DNA of 64,000 bases from a virus (IMGVR_UViG_3300014664_000015:1-64000); one strand, 5' to 3'. Counted from the stretch's first letter, positions 46,030 to 55,823 are shown. Program-made: numbers and translations. The notes: generated by a model not told the origin, from the letters alone.

Positions 46030-46371
46030 TTAGATACAGTGTTCTATTACTTTTATCCGGCTGTTGATTCGATAAGCAAAAAGGCCACCTTGATGTCGAA
46101 ATTCTATCTTGGTAATTCCACCTTCAGATATTAAATCAACCATCTCAAGTTGAGATTGTGTAAAAACAGTTTTGCCACCGTCATAAGGCTGAATAAAAAC
46201 GCTTCCGTATTTTTGGCTTTCTTCTTGCCAGCCAACAAGTATACATTCAGATACCGCATCAATTTTTTTCCTTGTTTGAAAAGTATTTGACGCTGGCTCA
46301 TTCCGAAGATCCTGCATGCTCGAACATCCAGCCATGACTAACAAAGAAAGTGCCAAAAATGCTTTTTTCAT
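46030..46371 (-). CDS. Lipoprotein moron between K and I (start MKKAFL)
   Basis: VMAGC lipobox, AT-rich, own terminator at ~45999-46021. Confidence 0.8.
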   Translation of the reverse strand: MKKAFLALSLLVMAGCSSMQDLRNEPASNTFQTRKKIDAVSECILVGWQEESQKYGSVFIQPYDGGKTVFTQSQLEMVDLISEGGITKIEFRHQGGLFAYRINSRIKVIEHCI

Positions 46372-46400
46372 ATCCCTATCCCCTTTGGTTTTACAAAAGG

Positions 46401-47111
46401 TTAGCACAGAGATTTGTAACGTAGAATCTTCATCGTTCGTTCCTGCCAGTAACCGCCATATGGTACTCGCTGACTCAAGTGACCGTACAGGTGGTGCAGC
46501 AGCATATTGCCCTCCAGCAGTATACCCGCGTGGTTCCACTTATCAGCCTGCACCTGCATGATCACCATATCGCCAGGTTTAGGCGGCCCGTCGAATTCAC
46601 GGAATCCGCACTCGTACCAGCAATCCTGATAGAAGTTGCCCGGATATTCGTTTTCCCACCAGGGATAATCAACCCGGTAATCGTGGAGTTCGATACCATG
46701 CGTTTGCCGGAAATAGCTCATTACCAGCCCCCAGCAGTCAAAGTGCCCCAGCACAAACGGACGCTCCAGCAGTGGTAACTCTCCGCGCGGCTGAATGGTG
46801 CGTAAATCCCCCTCGGGCCAGCTCACGATATGCCAGGGTAAAAGCGTTGCGTCGCATTGCGCTTTATCCAGTTCGCTCGGCTGCGTAGTGGCGTCAGGGT
46901 GGCTGTGAGCGATGGCGATCACCGTACCCCAGTCCTCAGCAGCTGCGTAATCTTCAGGGCAGAGGACAAAATTTTCCTCCGGCGCCGCGGCAAGATTCCG
47001 GCACGGGAAATAACGTTCAACACGGCTTTTTTGCGCCACCACACCACAGCACTCACGAGGATATTCAGCAGCAGCATGCGCCATGATGGCATCAATGGTT
47101 TTCTGGCGCAT
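46401..47111 (-). CDS. Tail assembly protein K (JAB + NlpC/P60)
   Basis: P.ECCG, HSHP, DCW.LV, NHAG motifs. Confidence 0.95.
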   Translation of the reverse strand: MRQKTIDAIMAHAAAEYPRECCGVVAQKSRVERYFPCRNLAAAPEENFVLCPEDYAAAEDWGTVIAIAHSHPDATTQPSELDKAQCDATLLPWHIVSWPEGDLRTIQPRGELPLLERPFVLGHFDCWGLVMSYFRQTHGIELHDYRVDYPWWENEYPGNFYQDCWYECGFREFDGPPKPGDMVIMQVQADKWNHAGILLEGNMLLHHLYGHLSQRVPYGGYWQERTMKILRYKSLC

Positions 47112-47112
47112 A

Positions 47113-47868
47113 TCAGCTCCTGATCAAAGATGTACCGACGAAACCACCATGCGAAAGCTCATTACCTTTGCCAAAACGTAGCTCACATGCTTTCAGCGTT
47201 CCGTTGCATTCATCCAGCGAGGGATCGCTCACCGGGTTATTGTTTTTGTCGAAATAGCGGGTTCCGGCATAGTCGCAACCATCACCGGTACGGTACTTGT
47301 TACGGATGCACCAGGTGCACAACGAATGGAGCTGGCGCGTAGGTATCATCAGCCCCTGCAGATCCATTGGGCTGGAGAGGGTGAATTCGACTACCTCGTT
47401 TGTTTCGCTACTCTTTGAATCGATGTAGAAAACCTTCAGCTTTTCCTGGGTCGGATCGGCTGTCGGGTTACCCCCGGTGAAGTTTTTCGCATCGAGATAT
47501 TTACCCAGGGTGTCGTGTATCGTCACCTTCGCCTGCAGCATATCGTCGTAAGCCAGGCAAAGGGCGGTGATCGAGCTGTCGAGGTTAGCAACCGAAAGTT
47601 TTGGTTGCGCACTACTTCCCGAAGTAGAAGCCTCGATCCCCTCAATCTGGCATGGCCACGCTTTATATTCTTCGCCCTGCCACCAGATTGATTTGGCCGG
47701 AAGCTTGTTTTCGTCACCGCCGGCCGCCGTTATTTCTGCTTCAGTATGTGCGAGGCTGTAGCTGTGAAACCGTAACACCTCACCTGTACCAAATGCAGTG
47801 CCATCCACTTCAAACAGCCTGACCTCATCGCCGGGTTCAAGCTTCTGATAATCTGCGTTAAGACTCAT
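47113..47868 (-). CDS. Minor tail protein L
   Basis: C.W.....YR...C.Y, D.C..TL..C..RFG Fe-S motifs. Confidence 0.95.
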   Translation of the reverse strand: MSLNADYQKLEPGDEVRLFEVDGTAFGTGEVLRFHSYSLAHTEAEITAAGGDENKLPAKSIWWQGEEYKAWPCQIEGIEASTSGSSAQPKLSVANLDSSITALCLAYDDMLQAKVTIHDTLGKYLDAKNFTGGNPTADPTQEKLKVFYIDSKSSETNEVVEFTLSSPMDLQGLMIPTRQLHSLCTWCIRNKYRTGDGCDYAGTRYFDKNNNPVSDPSLDECNGTLKACELRFGKGNELSHGGFVGTSLIRS

Positions 47869-48203
47869 GGTTTATAGGTCTGCTCAAAAGTTGCTGAAAG
47901 GTTGAAGAGCCCAGCGCCAAGCGGCGAAGGAGTGTAAGTATCACAGCGATACAACCCCAGTGGTTCAAGCGGTGGGTGCCACTGAAAAGACTTTGTTCCC
48001 TGATGGCGATCGAGAAAGTTTTTAATGGCCCCGATATACGCTTCGGTACCGGTAAACTGTAAATTCCACTTTTGTGAACGCGGATTTAATCCGTCACCGG
48101 CCACCTGTTCATATCCGTCACCAAATTTTGCGGAGCGCCGGCGGAACGTTACCTCCTGCTCCGCGTTGATGCGTGGGCACCAGCTGAATGTTTCAAGAGC
48201 CAT
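47865..48203 (-). CDS. Minor tail protein M
   Basis: FGDGYEQ...DGLNP, FL.RH.G.KSF.W.PP. Confidence 0.95.
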   Translation of the reverse strand: MALETFSWCPRINAEQEVTFRRRSAKFGDGYEQVAGDGLNPRSQKWNLQFTGTEAYIGAIKNFLDRHQGTKSFQWHPPLEPLGLYRCDTYTPSPLGAGLFNLSATFEQTYKP

Positions 48204-50662
48204 CAGCGGCCTCCTTTTGCAAGATTCCAGATATCACCGCCAGGGCGAATATCGCGCATCATGTTTTGTTTATATCGTTGATCCACGAACCGCCCGACTT
48301 CAGCGCCAAACTGTTCGAAGCCAGCTGAGCCCTGAGTAGATGTATTGCCGTTTCCGTCAATAGTGATATATACCTGTGGCGCCCCTCCACTGCCTGGCGT
48401 GACGCCGCCATTTCCCACGGCGCGGACAGCCAGTGAACCATCAGACGCGCGGGTAAGAGGCATAATGGCTTCAGGACCCGCCTCTCCCATCAGGCCGGCA
48501 CCTTTTGCAAACGCAAACAGCGTCGGTGAACTGACGACAGAGTTACTGTACTGACTGAGATCGGCTGAAGAGTAAACGCCGCCTTTGGCGTTTAATTGCA
48601 GGTTAGCACCGTAGTTCTGGATTGCTGTTCCGCTACTGGCTGAGGATGAGGCGGCACCGCTAAACAGCGAACCGATAGAGCTGGCGGCGTTCGCGATCAT
48701 CATATTTACCATCACCTGTTCTATGATTTTCAGAACGCTGATACCCCAGTCTTTCCAGCTCGCTTTATTGCCGTTGAGCATCTCGACAATGTTGCTGCTG
48801 ATCCCTGAGAGTGCCGTTTTCATGACGTCGGCCGCCTGCATTGCATAGTTCGTGGAATCATCCACCCAGTCGGCAAGTCCGTCACGGGCTCCGGTTACCC
48901 AGTCAGCCTGTAGCGCATCAACTTTCTTGTAGTAATCCTCCTGAACTTCGATCCTTTCGGCCTGCGCATCCTTCAGGGCCTGAGTTTCCCGGTCATAAAC
49001 CGTCTGGCTTATATCACCGGACTGATACTGCTTTTGCAGCTCCCGCTGCTGGTCGAGGAAGTCGCGCTCAATACTCAGGCGTTCCCTGAGCCGCTCACGC
49101 TGCTTATTGCCGATTCCGGCACCCTGCACATCCACGCCCAAATTTGCACGTGCATTCTCGTTTTGTGCCTGCAGATTTGCCACAAACGCCGCCACCCTGG
49201 CATTTTCTTCATTGGCTTTTTTGACGGCGTTCAGGCGATCCACTTCCTGAGCCAACTGTTGAAGCCGTATTTTTTGCGCGTTGTTAATTCCGGTGAGCTT
49301 TCCCTCCGCCAAATCGAACTGGAGTTTCTGTTGCTCGGTCACCTCCACCGTTTCTTTGCCGGTGGTATCGATGAGCGCAATCTGGCGCAGGTAACCCATC
49401 TCCATGGATTTGAAAGAGCTTTCCAGTTTTCTTGCGCTGGCATCAGGCGTAACTTTGCCGTTAGTCTCGCCCGGTGGAAGGGAGAATGGTTTCCCAGTTC
49501 CGACAGTAGCAGCACCAAGCGGAAGAATGCCAACAGCAGGTTTTGACAGCCTGTTTCTGGTTTCGATAAGGGTGTTCAGTTCATCGTTGAGTGCTTTTAC
49601 ACTATCATTCCCACCCGTGAACCAGGCGAACATTGATTTGTCCTGCGAATAAAAACCCTTTCTTCCTTCAAGGTTTTTTTGCAAATAAGCAATGCGCTCA
49701 TTTACCTGATCGATATTTTTGAGGTCAATTTTACCGCTCAGAGCGGCAAATCTGTTGCCGGTGCTTGTGGCAAGTTGACCAGCGCCGGCGGCGGCTTTTA
49801 CAAGCCATCCAGCAAGCTGTGCAACTTCAGACACCAGATCAGAGATACCCTGCAGGACAGCAGGATCAGTCAAAACATTGTGAAGTTCATCAAGAGAGTT
49901 TTGCAGCTCTCCAAGGTCAACCTTTGCCAGACCTGCGGCAATCTCCATCTTCAGGCCAGCAACCTGAGCCTCCATGTCTTCGAATAGCTGGTTAACTTTA
50001 ACCAGGTCATCAATGGAAGATGGGTCTGGCGCTACCCCATAATCCTTAGCCAGATCAATAAACCGTTTCAGTTTCTCATTATTGTTATCGAACAACGGAA
50101 GAAGTTTTGAAAGGTCATTGCCCAGGCTTTCAAGTATGGTTGTCTTTTCGGCATTCGTGCCGATCTTGCCAAGTGATTCACCAATTGCCAGGAGCTGTTT
50201 TTCAGGACTTACTTTGGATAATTTCTCAGCGGACAAACCCAGGGAATTAAGGGCATCAACTGCTTCACCCGACTTGTTCAGGACAGCGTCACCTATCTTA
50301 TCGCCAATATCCTTAAAAATATCAGCCATCTGATCGCCGGACACCCCTGCCTTTTCAGCAGCAAACTGCCATGCTAAAAGCTCCTGAGTTGATATCCTTA
50401 GCGACTTTGCCCAGCGGTCAGTTTCGGTAATCTGCTTGGAAGTGCTTTTCAGTAACTGAAAACCAGCCGCTCCAACACCCAGACTAGCAGTTACGGCTGC
50501 CGCACCAATACCCGCCAGTGCAGCGCTGGCGGATGCTGCATCATCCTGTACCTGTTTGCTCCACTTTGCAGAGGCGCGTTCTGCCTGATTAAGGCCGGAG
50601 ACAAAACCGCCCGTTTTTGCAATCAGGTCGATTGTCAGCGTGCCCAGTGATTTGGAAGCCAT
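48203..50662 (-). CDS. Tape measure protein
   Basis: 819 aa; LG.LTIDL, NAKGGVY, GEAGPEAIMPL motifs. Confidence 0.94.
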   Translation of the reverse strand: MASKSLGTLTIDLIAKTGGFVSGLNQAERASAKWSKQVQDDAASASAALAGIGAAAVTASLGVGAAGFQLLKSTSKQITETDRWAKSLRISTQELLAWQFAAEKAGVSGDQMADIFKDIGDKIGDAVLNKSGEAVDALNSLGLSAEKLSKVSPEKQLLAIGESLGKIGTNAEKTTILESLGNDLSKLLPLFDNNNEKLKRFIDLAKDYGVAPDPSSIDDLVKVNQLFEDMEAQVAGLKMEIAAGLAKVDLGELQNSLDELHNVLTDPAVLQGISDLVSEVAQLAGWLVKAAAGAGQLATSTGNRFAALSGKIDLKNIDQVNERIAYLQKNLEGRKGFYSQDKSMFAWFTGGNDSVKALNDELNTLIETRNRLSKPAVGILPLGAATVGTGKPFSLPPGETNGKVTPDASARKLESSFKSMEMGYLRQIALIDTTGKETVEVTEQQKLQFDLAEGKLTGINNAQKIRLQQLAQEVDRLNAVKKANEENARVAAFVANLQAQNENARANLGVDVQGAGIGNKQRERLRERLSIERDFLDQQRELQKQYQSGDISQTVYDRETQALKDAQAERIEVQEDYYKKVDALQADWVTGARDGLADWVDDSTNYAMQAADVMKTALSGISSNIVEMLNGNKASWKDWGISVLKIIEQVMVNMMIANAASSIGSLFSGAASSSASSGTAIQNYGANLQLNAKGGVYSSADLSQYSNSVVSSPTLFAFAKGAGLMGEAGPEAIMPLTRASDGSLAVRAVGNGGVTPGSGGAPQVYITIDGNGNTSTQGSAGFEQFGAEVGRFVDQRYKQNMMRDIRPGGDIWNLAKGGR

Positions 50663-50681
50663 AAACTCTCCGGTGGCAGCA

Positions 50682-51011
50682 TTATGTCCAGCTGGCTCTG
50701 GCTTCCTCTAACGAGATTGGTCCATCAGCAGCTTTGACTTTGGTAAAGTGCAGTGTGAAATCGGTCGGGTTGAATGGTGGGCGCTTGGGGTCTCTGTTAA
50801 CGTTGGCTATCATGCTGCTCACCAGCCCGGCACCCCACTCAACCCGCAACATAGGGTTCAGACTTCCGTATCGTTCCCGGTACTTTGCCCAGAGTTGGGA
50901 CTCTTTGAATGAGAGGACTTCCCGCGCTTCGGCGATTGTTCTGCCTCCGATTCCGTTGAGGACGAGCTCGCACCAGAATTCGTCTTCGGCGCTGAGCTCG
51001 AAGTCTTTCCC
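50682..51011 (-). CDS. gpT part of the G-T chaperone, reached by -1 frameshift at GGGAAAG (51005-51011)
   Basis: Canonical lambda slippery heptamer; -1 frame reads DFELSAEDEFWCELVLNGIGGRTIAEA... to TAA at 50682. Confidence 0.88.
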   Translation of the reverse strand, partial: GKDFELSAEDEFWCELVLNGIGGRTIAEAREVLSFKESQLWAKYRERYGSLNPMLRVEWGAGLVSSMIANVNRDPKRPPFNPTDFTLHFTKVKAADGPISLEEARASWT

Positions 51012-51343
51012 AGATCGTTAACTTCCTGAATGGCCAGAAGCAGTGCTACCGTCAGGCTGCCATCCAGTGCACCACGTTCAGGATCGGCCTCACCAGTAAT
51101 GTCTGCCGGGGTGAAGATGGGTTTACCCTGTTCATCGCAGATGGATGCGGCAATACGCCCTGCCACACCATCGACCTTCCCCCCAAAAGCCAGCACATCG
51201 GACGTTGCTGTGTGATAACCCATCGGGCGGACATACACTGTCGCGGTGATTTTTTTATCACCCTGAGTCCAGGTGATTTCTTTCTCAACCGGGCGGCCAG
51301 TAAACGCGCCGGACTCCTTGAGTGCATCAAGTGTTAATTTCAT
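50858..51343 (-). CDS. Tail assembly chaperone G
   Basis: HK97-type GAFTGRPVEKEITW; follows the tube gene. Confidence 0.88.
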   Translation of the reverse strand: MKLTLDALKESGAFTGRPVEKEITWTQGDKKITATVYVRPMGYHTATSDVLAFGGKVDGVAGRIAASICDEQGKPIFTPADITGEADPERGALDGSLTVALLLAIQEVNDLGKTSSSAPKTNSGASSSSTESEAEQSPKRGKSSHSKSPNSGQSTGNDTEV

Positions 51344-51381
51344 TAGTAATCCTGATTAATGAGGGCGTTGCCGCCCTGATT

Positions 51382-51882
51382 TTATGGAGTCACGACTTTT
51401 GGCACCCATACAGCAGAGCCGGAGCGCTGGACAGATGCAGAAGTAGAAACAACCGTGTTTGCTGCAAAATCAAACGGGAAGTCGGACACATAGCCTTTGA
51501 ATACGAACCATGTGCGGCTGTCAGGTAACACCAGGCCATCGACTGCACCGGATGCACCATCTTCAGCCGCAGTTGGCGATGCGGTTCCGTCTGACCATCC
51601 AATCGCGAACGTCAGGTCCTGATCCTCTTCGTCGTCCGAAATGGACAGGTTGTAGAGCATGATGTGGCTGGTATTTTTAGGATCAGCGTTAAGCGTCAGT
51701 GATGCTGTGCCAGGCGTTCGAAGACCACGCTTATAGCTGCGATCAAAGCGCTCAGAAAGACAGGTGTCTTCAATCTGGTCCGCCGGGTTGCTGCCGGGTG
51801 AGAATGCAGTGATACATTCAACTTCGCTCACCGCGCCTTTTGCGAGCACAAAGAGCTGCGTACCTTGCGTCAATACAGACAT
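51382..51882 (-). CDS. Major tail tube protein
   Basis: TQGT.L, IE.TCL, GL..PG, F.GYV.DFP. Confidence 0.92.
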   Translation of the reverse strand: MSVLTQGTQLFVLAKGAVSEVECITAFSPGSNPADQIEDTCLSERFDRSYKRGLRTPGTASLTLNADPKNTSHIMLYNLSISDDEEDQDLTFAIGWSDGTASPTAAEDGASGAVDGLVLPDSRTWFVFKGYVSDFPFDFAANTVVSTSASVQRSGSAVWVPKVVTP

Positions 51883-51936
51883 TGTTATCTCCGGTCATAA
51901 AAAAACCGGCTCAAGGCCGGTGGTTGAATAATACGT

Positions 51937-52302
51937 TTATCTAGTGACTATCCAGTCAACATCGAATGAGTAGCGATAGCGCTTTGTTTCCGGGTCTTTC
52001 TCCTGCTCGCCAAGGCGTGTGATGTACGCGTGCGGCTCAATGGCATCACGCAGCGCAGAGGCGACGGCGATAACCTCGTCCACCGTGTCGGCGTACGCAT
52101 CTACCTGCAGCGAAAAGGAGTCTGCATCCGGCCGATGCGCCAGATAGTTTTCCGTCAAGCCTGTGACGTTTTGCCAAACCGCATACGGGTAAACGACAGC
52201 ATCATCCTGCTGGCCGAAGGGGTATAGTCGAACAGGATCAGAGCCGATTAGCGCGGTTACCGCCGCACTTGCCGCGCATACACCAAATATGGGCGCAATC
52301 AT
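51937..52302 (-). CDS. Tail terminator (DUF3168 / HK97 gp11-like)
   Basis: RLYPFG, PY.VWQ, QVD.YA. Confidence 0.88.
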   Translation of the reverse strand: MIAPIFGVCAASAAVTALIGSDPVRLYPFGQQDDAVVYPYAVWQNVTGLTENYLAHRPDADSFSLQVDAYADTVDEVIAVASALRDAIEPHAYITRLGEQEKDPETKRYRYSFDVDWIVTR

Positions 52303-52784
52303 GGTGGTATTCCTTTTTTCTGAGCGCGCTTAATGGCACGGTCAATGGCCTTTTCATAATCAGTGCCAAAGGTATTTATCACCTCGCCGATGCTGCTTTC
52401 CGCTGCCGGGCGCATAATTGGCTGGGCACGAACATTTTCGGTACCGAACTCAATAAGGCGCCAGTGAGGAGTGGGTGCATTCCTGCCAAGATCGGGGTGC
52501 TTTTTAAGGACCGCGCCGTGAAGAACGCCAATGCGAAAACTGAGATCGCCCGTACGCTTAAAAAGACGGCCATTCCAGCGCATGGCGATGTTATCTGCGA
52601 TGCTCCTGCCGGTGCCCGGGTCATCAACGCGACGGGCGTTAGTCTTCGCTTTCTCGACGATGATGTTGCCGGCACGCCTGAGCGCAGCCCTGCCACCTTT
52701 GCGACGCAGATCGACGCTGACGGCATCCAGTTTTCCCAGCAAAGAATCGACGCCAGTAATGCTGAACTCAATACCATCAGCCAT
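52299..52784 (-). CDS. HK97 gp10-family neck protein
   Basis: R.ALR.A, HWRL.EFGT....AQP.MRPA. Confidence 0.9.
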   Translation of the reverse strand: MADGIEFSITGVDSLLGKLDAVSVDLRRKGGRAALRRAGNIIVEKAKTNARRVDDPGTGRSIADNIAMRWNGRLFKRTGDLSFRIGVLHGAVLKKHPDLGRNAPTPHWRLIEFGTENVRAQPIMRPAAESSIGEVINTFGTDYEKAIDRAIKRAQKKGIPP

Positions 52785-53115
52785 CGTTAACCCCCTGCGA
52801 ACATGGAAGTGTCAGATATTCGCGCCCGCTTTTATCGTCGGACAGAACGCCATGGACGTTATAAACACGGCCGAGATAAAGGATTCGGTGCTTACTGGTT
52901 ACATCATCGCGCCAGCGAATAGTGATCCGCGTCGTGACTTCGCTCTGCCCTGCCTGGGCCGCTACAAACTCACGCGCGGACAGATCGACAACACTGGCCC
53001 ACAGGGTAGCAACGTCAGCCCAGCCGTTAATGATGGCTCCGGTAGCCGGATTCTGGGTTTTAACAGGCCTCTGCAATGTAACGCGGTGACGAAGTTTTCC
53101 GGCCTGCATGCTCAC
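52777..53115 (-). CDS. Head closure protein (SPP1 gp16-like)
   Basis: AG.LRHRV.LQ, WA.V..LS.RE, IR.R. Confidence 0.9.
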   Translation of the reverse strand: MSMQAGKLRHRVTLQRPVKTQNPATGAIINGWADVATLWASVVDLSAREFVAAQAGQSEVTTRITIRWRDDVTSKHRILYLGRVYNVHGVLSDDKSGREYLTLPCSQGVNDG

Positions 53116-53291
53116 CCCCTGGGATTTCCGCTGAGATAAGTATGCTGTGGAAGTTCAGCGTCACTCTCTTCCACTACCATCGACTGGTAGATCACCGCCG
53201 TCAGAGCCTCGTTTGACTCCGCCATTCGGTTCATTGCTGCTGTCTGGGCTGCCATTGCTGCCAGCAGCTGGTTTACCTGTTGCTCGTTCAT
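53112..53291 (-). CDS. 59-aa hypothetical protein (MNEQQVNQLLAAMAAQ...)
   Basis: Translated by hand; stop overlaps the head-closure start. Confidence 0.55.
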   Translation of the reverse strand: MNEQQVNQLLAAMAAQTAAMNRMAESNEALTAVIYQSMVVEESDAELPQHTYLSGNPRG

Positions 53292-53352
53292 AGGCGATTT
53301 TCATCCACTTTTTAAGCCATTCACGCCGGGCGGCGCATCCGGAGCAGGCCAT
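53161..53352 (-). CDS. Possible small protein (MACSGCAARREWLKKW...) overlapping the 59-aa ORF
   Basis: TGATG coupling to the gp6-like stop; CxxC. Confidence 0.4.
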   Translation of the reverse strand: MACSGCAARREWLKKWMKIAYERATGKPAAGSNGSPDSSNEPNGGVKRGSDGGDLPVDGSGRE

Positions 53353-53678
53353 CAGTGCCACCGACGGTGCTGTATAAGCAACGCCTCAACGCCCAGCGGA
53401 GTTTCCGCCAGATTCTGCGACGCGGCTTCGCGGTTCGCATACCAGTGGCCAATCAGCAAAAGCATTGCCGCCCAGATCCCGGGCGTAAAAAGAACCTCCC
53501 GGGGAGGCTCTTTGTCTTCAGGGGGCGGCGAAAGGGATTCCACCAGCGAACCGTCGCAAAATTTCTCAACATAATCGACGGCCGCCGTGGTGTAGGCAGT
53601 GATAAGAGAGTCTTCGGCGTCGTTATCAACCCTCAGATGCGTCTTTATCAGCGCCATCTGCTCCGCGCTTATTTCCAC
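53352..53678 (-). CDS. Head-tail connector (HK97 gp6-like)
   Basis: K.HLR.D...ED.LI..Y..AA, A.LLLIGHWY.NRE. Confidence 0.93.
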   Translation of the reverse strand: MEISAEQMALIKTHLRVDNDAEDSLITAYTTAAVDYVEKFCDGSLVESLSPPPEDKEPPREVLFTPGIWAAMLLLIGHWYANREAASQNLAETPLGVEALLIQHRRWH

Positions 53679-53940
53679 CTTTACCCCCGGTTTTGGCTTT
53701 TTGTGGCTGTTCAGGCTGTTCAGGCTGTTCAGGCTGTTCAGGCTGTTCAGGCTGTTCAGGCTGTTCAGGCTGTTCAGGCTGTTCAGGACTGGAGTTTTTC
53801 ACCTTCTCAGGTTCAACCTCTTCAGCCAGGTACATTTTTACCAGCATCTCGCCAACCTCTTTTTTCACGATGCGGGTTTCGCCCTGGGATACAGTGCCCA
53901 GGTGATAATGCGAGAACATACGGAGAGCTTTAATTTTCAT
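53626..53940 (-). CDS. Small head-region protein with a (PEQ)9 repeat
   Basis: 104 aa after the capsid gene. Confidence 0.7.
   Translation of the reverse strand: MKIKALRMFSHYHLGTVSQGETRIVKKEVGEMLVKMYLAEEVEPEKVKNSSPEQPEQPEQPEQPEQPEQPEQPEQPEQPQKAKTGGKGGNKRGADGADKDASEG
53705..53785. repeat. Perfect tandem repeat, 9 x GGCTGTTCA
   Basis: Counted directly. Confidence 0.95.
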
Positions 53941-53976
53941 AGGTTAAACGCGGCCATTGCTGACCGCGCCCTTCTG

Positions 53977-55140
53977 TTATTCGCCGGAAGAAACCGCAAT
54001 ATCGCCGGTGACGATGGCGGCAGGACGGTAGTGCGCCAGCGCCAGGCGCTCTTCGCACAGAATGGTCAGCATGTTGCGGATAAAGTTGTCGCGGTCCTGG
54101 TTGCTGATTTCGATAGTTGCATCCATGCGATCCCAGACCTGAGAGGCCAGGCCGAACGCGCCAACGGTAAATTTACCCGCCGCCTGCGCCGTGGTGGAGA
54201 CAACAGGCAGCCCCCACAGCACTTTTGACGCAAACGCCTGTGGGCCACCGAGGATGTAGTTGCCGTTGGCGTCTTTCAGCAACGCAATCCGGTGCCAGTC
54301 TGCCGGGTTAAGGACGATGCCATCGGCTTCAAATTCACTCAGTGATACCTGATAGATAGCGTGCGCCAGCACATCCGCACCAGTATCACCCGAGGCATTC
54401 AGCGCAGTCTCATAATCATTTGCAACCACGTTGAGTCCTTCCAGATTATCGCCGGTACCGTCGCCGTTGAGCATCTGGTTTTCTTCCGCCAGCGCCAGGC
54501 CATACATCATGCGGGTATTGATATAGGACTGAAGCGCTGGCGCATCGTCCATAATCTGGCGCGATGCCTGGATCCAGTGGGCGATGGTTTTGACGTTCGC
54601 CGTCTCTTTGGTGAAGGTGATGTTACTTTCCGGCTTCAGGGTGCCCTCGGCCACAGGAGCGGCGGCATTGGTGAAGACGTTTTCTCGCACGTATTCAAGC
54701 GCGTTACTGGAAATTCGGCCCTGGGCCAGAAGGTCACGGACAGTCAGTCGGCGCAGGCCAGGCATCAAGATACCAGGATTCTGCTGCGGCAGAACCAGGG
54801 CGCCGGCGGAGTTGGCGCCAGACCCAATCGCTTTATCAAAACTGGTCACTTTCGCTTTGGTGCGTGAGCCGTCCCAGCCTTTCATCAGGTCTTCGGATAC
54901 GCGCTCTGCAAAGGACTTCTTGGCGGTCTGTTCAGGCGAGTTGCCAGCCAGCTTCTGCTCAAGATCGAACAGGCGGGTACCGGTCGTTTTCAGTTCATCC
55001 TGGGCTTTAGCCAGATCGGTCTGCAGCTGCTTGTTGATTTCGCCGCTCTGGTTGATGGATTTACGCTGCTCCTCGATAAGCTCCTTCACTTCTTTCTGGG
55101 AGTTCTCGATCGCTTTTTCCAGGGTTGCTAATTCAGACAT
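53977..55140 (-). CDS. Major capsid protein, HK97 type
   Basis: 387 aa; N-terminal delta coiled coil, EG..KPES, TIAHW, LCEERL. Confidence 0.97.
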   Translation of the reverse strand: MSELATLEKAIENSQKEVKELIEEQRKSINQSGEINKQLQTDLAKAQDELKTTGTRLFDLEQKLAGNSPEQTAKKSFAERVSEDLMKGWDGSRTKAKVTSFDKAIGSGANSAGALVLPQQNPGILMPGLRRLTVRDLLAQGRISSNALEYVRENVFTNAAAPVAEGTLKPESNITFTKETANVKTIAHWIQASRQIMDDAPALQSYINTRMMYGLALAEENQMLNGDGTGDNLEGLNVVANDYETALNASGDTGADVLAHAIYQVSLSEFEADGIVLNPADWHRIALLKDANGNYILGGPQAFASKVLWGLPVVSTTAQAAGKFTVGAFGLASQVWDRMDATIEISNQDRDNFIRNMLTILCEERLALAHYRPAAIVTGDIAVSSGE

Positions 55141-55151
55141 GTTTTGCTCCG

Positions 55152-55823
55152 TTAAGGATTCCGCAGGTTAGCGGCAAAGGAAGTTATGCGCTGTGCCAGC
55201 GCGTCAATGTCGCCGCCGCCGAACTCGCTTCGGCCTGCGGACTTCACGCGGGCGATAAACGCCTGCGCTTCAGCGCGCGTAAGGCCGACTGAATCCCTCA
55301 GCCAGGCCTCCGCGTCACGAATGGTTTTAATGCCGTCGATGCTCTTCATGGCAGTTACGCCTGCCAGTTCGTTTGCCGGGAAGGTGCAGACACTGATTTC
55401 CCGCAGGTAAGAAATGTTTTTGAAAATCAGGCCTGACGTGCCGACGGTGTAATCATCGGGGCCGACTGAAAAACCGACCGACATGCCTTCAACCGTGCCA
55501 TGCTGCATGGCGGCCTTCAGATCTTCGGCCAGGCTTAACCCCGGAGTGAGTTGCCCACGTACAAAAAGCCCCTTCTCGTCTTCGTGCATGGCATCCCACT
55601 TGCCAACCGGGATGGCTCGCGTCTGGTGGTTAAAGAACATAGCCACCTTGCGGCTCTGGTTAGCGACCACACCAGCGAAAGCGCCGGGCAAAATAATGTC
55701 GCCATCGGAATCGGTGTTATTGAAAACCGAGGCGTACCCTTCAAACGTTCCCTTACTGCCGTCACCGGTAAACTTGATTTCGGTCTGGTCGAACGCCAGC
55801 GTCTTTTGAATTTCAGGCATCAT
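55152..55823 (-). CDS. Prohead protease, HK97 family
   Basis: EGYASVF, FNH, GMSVGF, EIS.CTFPAN. Confidence 0.95.
   Translation of the reverse strand: MMPEIQKTLAFDQTEIKFTGDGSKGTFEGYASVFNNTDSDGDIILPGAFAGVVANQSRKVAMFFNHQTRAIPVGKWDAMHEDEKGLFVRGQLTPGLSLAEDLKAAMQHGTVEGMSVGFSVGPDDYTVGTSGLIFKNISYLREISVCTFPANELAGVTAMKSIDGIKTIRDAEAWLRDSVGLTRAEAQAFIARVKSAGRSEFGGGDIDALAQRITSFAANLRNP

Noticed and set aside
53705-53785. Possible CRISPR array
   Set aside because: 9-bp units with no spacers, in frame in a gene, and no cas genes
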